A DNA stretch of 64,000 nt from Octopus bimaculoides (taxonomy: Eukaryota). The notes under the pieces are model-generated. The model was not told where the DNA came from. It searched no databases and saw only the letters and a program-made list of their open reading frames with translations. Shown in pieces: positions 61,751-64,000 of the stretch (positions within the stretch are counted from its first letter, which is position 1; each line of letters opens with the position of its first letter). Position numbers and translations under genes: made by a program. Location: NCBI RefSeq assembly GCF_001194135.2, contig NC_068987.1:7722533-7786532 (forward strand). The letters are read 5' to 3'.

Positions 61751-62392
61751 ACCCTCCTCCACTGATGATTCTATATACACACATATAACTATTTGGGTGT
61801 TTGTGGATATCTCTTCGTGTATACATACACATATGTGTGAGTGTGTGTGCATGTATATGTGTATATGCATGCATGCGCACAAGTGTGTGTGTGTGTTTGT
61901 AAATACGATACATTAGAAATCAGACTGAAGAATTAAAAAGATTAGGTCACTTTTCACTTCACTTCAGAATCTCTAAATGTTTGTTTTAGATTCAAAGAAA
62001 ATAGAATTGAGACGGAAAGCATTGAAGGAAACAAAGAATCTGGCAAACCAAATCCCAAAAACAGAAACAAAACAAAAAAATAAACAAATAAACAAAAAAA
62101 TGAAAAATAAAAAAATAAATATATAAATATTAAGAAACATCAAAAAAAGTGATATCTTGAAGTCTGTATATGTGTGTGTGTGTGTGTGTGTGTGCATGTA
62201 TGTATGCATGTGTATGTGTGTGTGCGTATGTGTGCGTATGTATATATATGAGTGTGAGTGTGTGTATGTATATATATATGTGTGTGTGCATGTATGTATG
62301 TTTGTGAGTGTCTGTATGTATGTATGTATGCATGTGCATGTGTATATATATGTGTGTGTGTGTGTATGTATGTATATGTGTGTGAGTGTATG

Positions 62393-62427
<35 letters not shown>

Positions 62428-63524
62428 ATGTATGTATCTATGTGTGTGTATATATGTGTGTGTGAGTGTGTGTAAATATATGTGTATGTATGTATGTATG
62501 TATGCATGTATGTATGTATATATGTGTGTGTGTGTGTATGTATGTATATGTGCAAATATAAGTGTATGTGTATGTATTGTATATATGCATACATCNNNNN
62601 NNNNNNNNNNNNNNNNNNNNNNNNNNNNNNNNNNNNNNNNNNNNNNNNNNNNNNNNNNNNNNNNNNNNNNNNNNNNNNNNNNNNNNNNNNNNNNNNNNNN
62701 NNNNNNNNNNNNNNNNNNNNNNNNNNNNNNNNNNNNNNNNNNNNNNNNNNNNNNNNNNNNNNNNNNNNNNNNNNNNNNNNNNNNNNNNNNNNNNNNNNNN
62801 NNNNNNNNNNNNNNNNNNNNNNNNNNNNNNNNNNNNNNNNNNNNNNNNNNNNNNNNNNNNNNNNNNNNNNNNNNNNNNNNNNNNNNNNNNNNNNNNNNNN
62901 NNNNNNNNNNNNNNNNNNNNNNNNNNNNNNNNNNNNNNNNNNNNNNNNNNNNNNNNNNNNNNNNNNNNNNNNNNNNNNNNNNNNNNNNNNNNNNNNNNNN
63001 NNNNNNNNNNNNNNNNNNNNNNNNNNNNNNNNNNNNNNNNNNNNNNNNNNNNNNNNNNNNNNNNNNNNNNNNNNNNNNNNNNNNNNNNNNNNNNNNNNNN
63101 NNNNNNNNNNNNNNNNNNNNNNNNNNNNNNNNNNNNNNNNNNNNNNNNNNNNNNNNNNNNNNNNNNNNNNNNNNNNNNNNNNNNNNNNNNNNNNNNNNNN
63201 NNNNNNNNNNNNNNNNNNNNNNNNNNNNNNNNNNNNNNNNNNNNNNNNNNNNNNNNNNNNNNNNNNNNNNNNNNNNNNNNNNNNNNNNNNNNNNNNNNNN
63301 NNNNNNNNNNNNNNNNNNNNNNNNNNNNNNNNNNNNNNNNNNNNNNNNNNNNNNNNNNNNNNNNNNNNNNNNNNNNNNNNNNNNNNNNNNNNNNNNNNNN
63401 NNNNNNNNNNNNNNNNNNNNNNNNNNNNNNNNNNNNNNNNNNNNNNNNNNNNNNNNNNNNNNNNNNNNNNNNNNNNNNNNNNNNNNNNNNNNNNNNNNNN
63501 NNNNNNNNNNNNNNNNNNNNNNNN

Positions 63525-63556
<32 letters not shown>

Positions 63557-63688
63557 GATACGCGTGTATGTTTATGTGGTGTGTGTATGTGTGTGTGTAC
63601 ATATGTGTGTGTACGTACATATGTGTGTATGGGGTGGTGTAATCATTTAAGAGGCTGTCGGACAAGATGGTGATGATGACAATGAAAT

Positions 63689-63735
<47 letters not shown>

Positions 63736-64000
63736 TTAAAAGCAACAGCAATGTTATTGAAGATGATGATGATGGTCGTAGTGTTGGCGGTGGTGACAGT
63801 GGTGGTAGTGGTGGCGATGATGGTGGTGGTAATGGTAGTAGTGGTGGTGGTGGTGGTGGTGGTGGCAGACGGTGGTGGAGGTGCTGATGATGATAACGAT
63901 GATGATGACAGCGATGGTGATTGTGATGATGATGATGATGATGATGGAGGTGTTGATCTTGGCACCACTTCCAACAAACGGAATTGTGGATATGTTGCCA

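Overview
Repeat-saturated, gap-rich (many N runs) animal genomic DNA. The microsatellite load and SINE/RTE/MITE families suggest a coleoid cephalopod, probably Octopus (inference, not database-checked). One protein-coding gene can be rebuilt: a TMEM41B/stasimon orthologue on the + strand with six coding exons (1480-1661, 2346-2474, 3924-4017, 4386-4490, 6827-6965, 17673-17842; 819 nt, 272 aa). Its intron 2475-3923 has U12 (minor spliceosome) signals. The rest (about 18-64 kb) has no recognisable host CDS. It contains tRNA-derived SINEs, 5'-truncated RTE LINE 3' ends, CR1-like and possible Tx1/L1 remnants, mariner relics, hAT/piggyBac/Tc1-type MITEs and microsatellites. The most striking unannotated signal is a set of hammerhead-ribozyme (HHR)-like motifs. 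Three lie in a SINE-like family with a tRNA-type head (1259-1306 +, 965-1002 - truncated, 58938-58983 -), and one unrelated type I motif is solitary (43921-43989 -). There are also weaker hints of a minus-strand transcript (an 11-nt microexon, AG|GT sites and a possible terminal exon). Nearly all long ORFs in the supplied track are microsatellite or N-gap artefacts.
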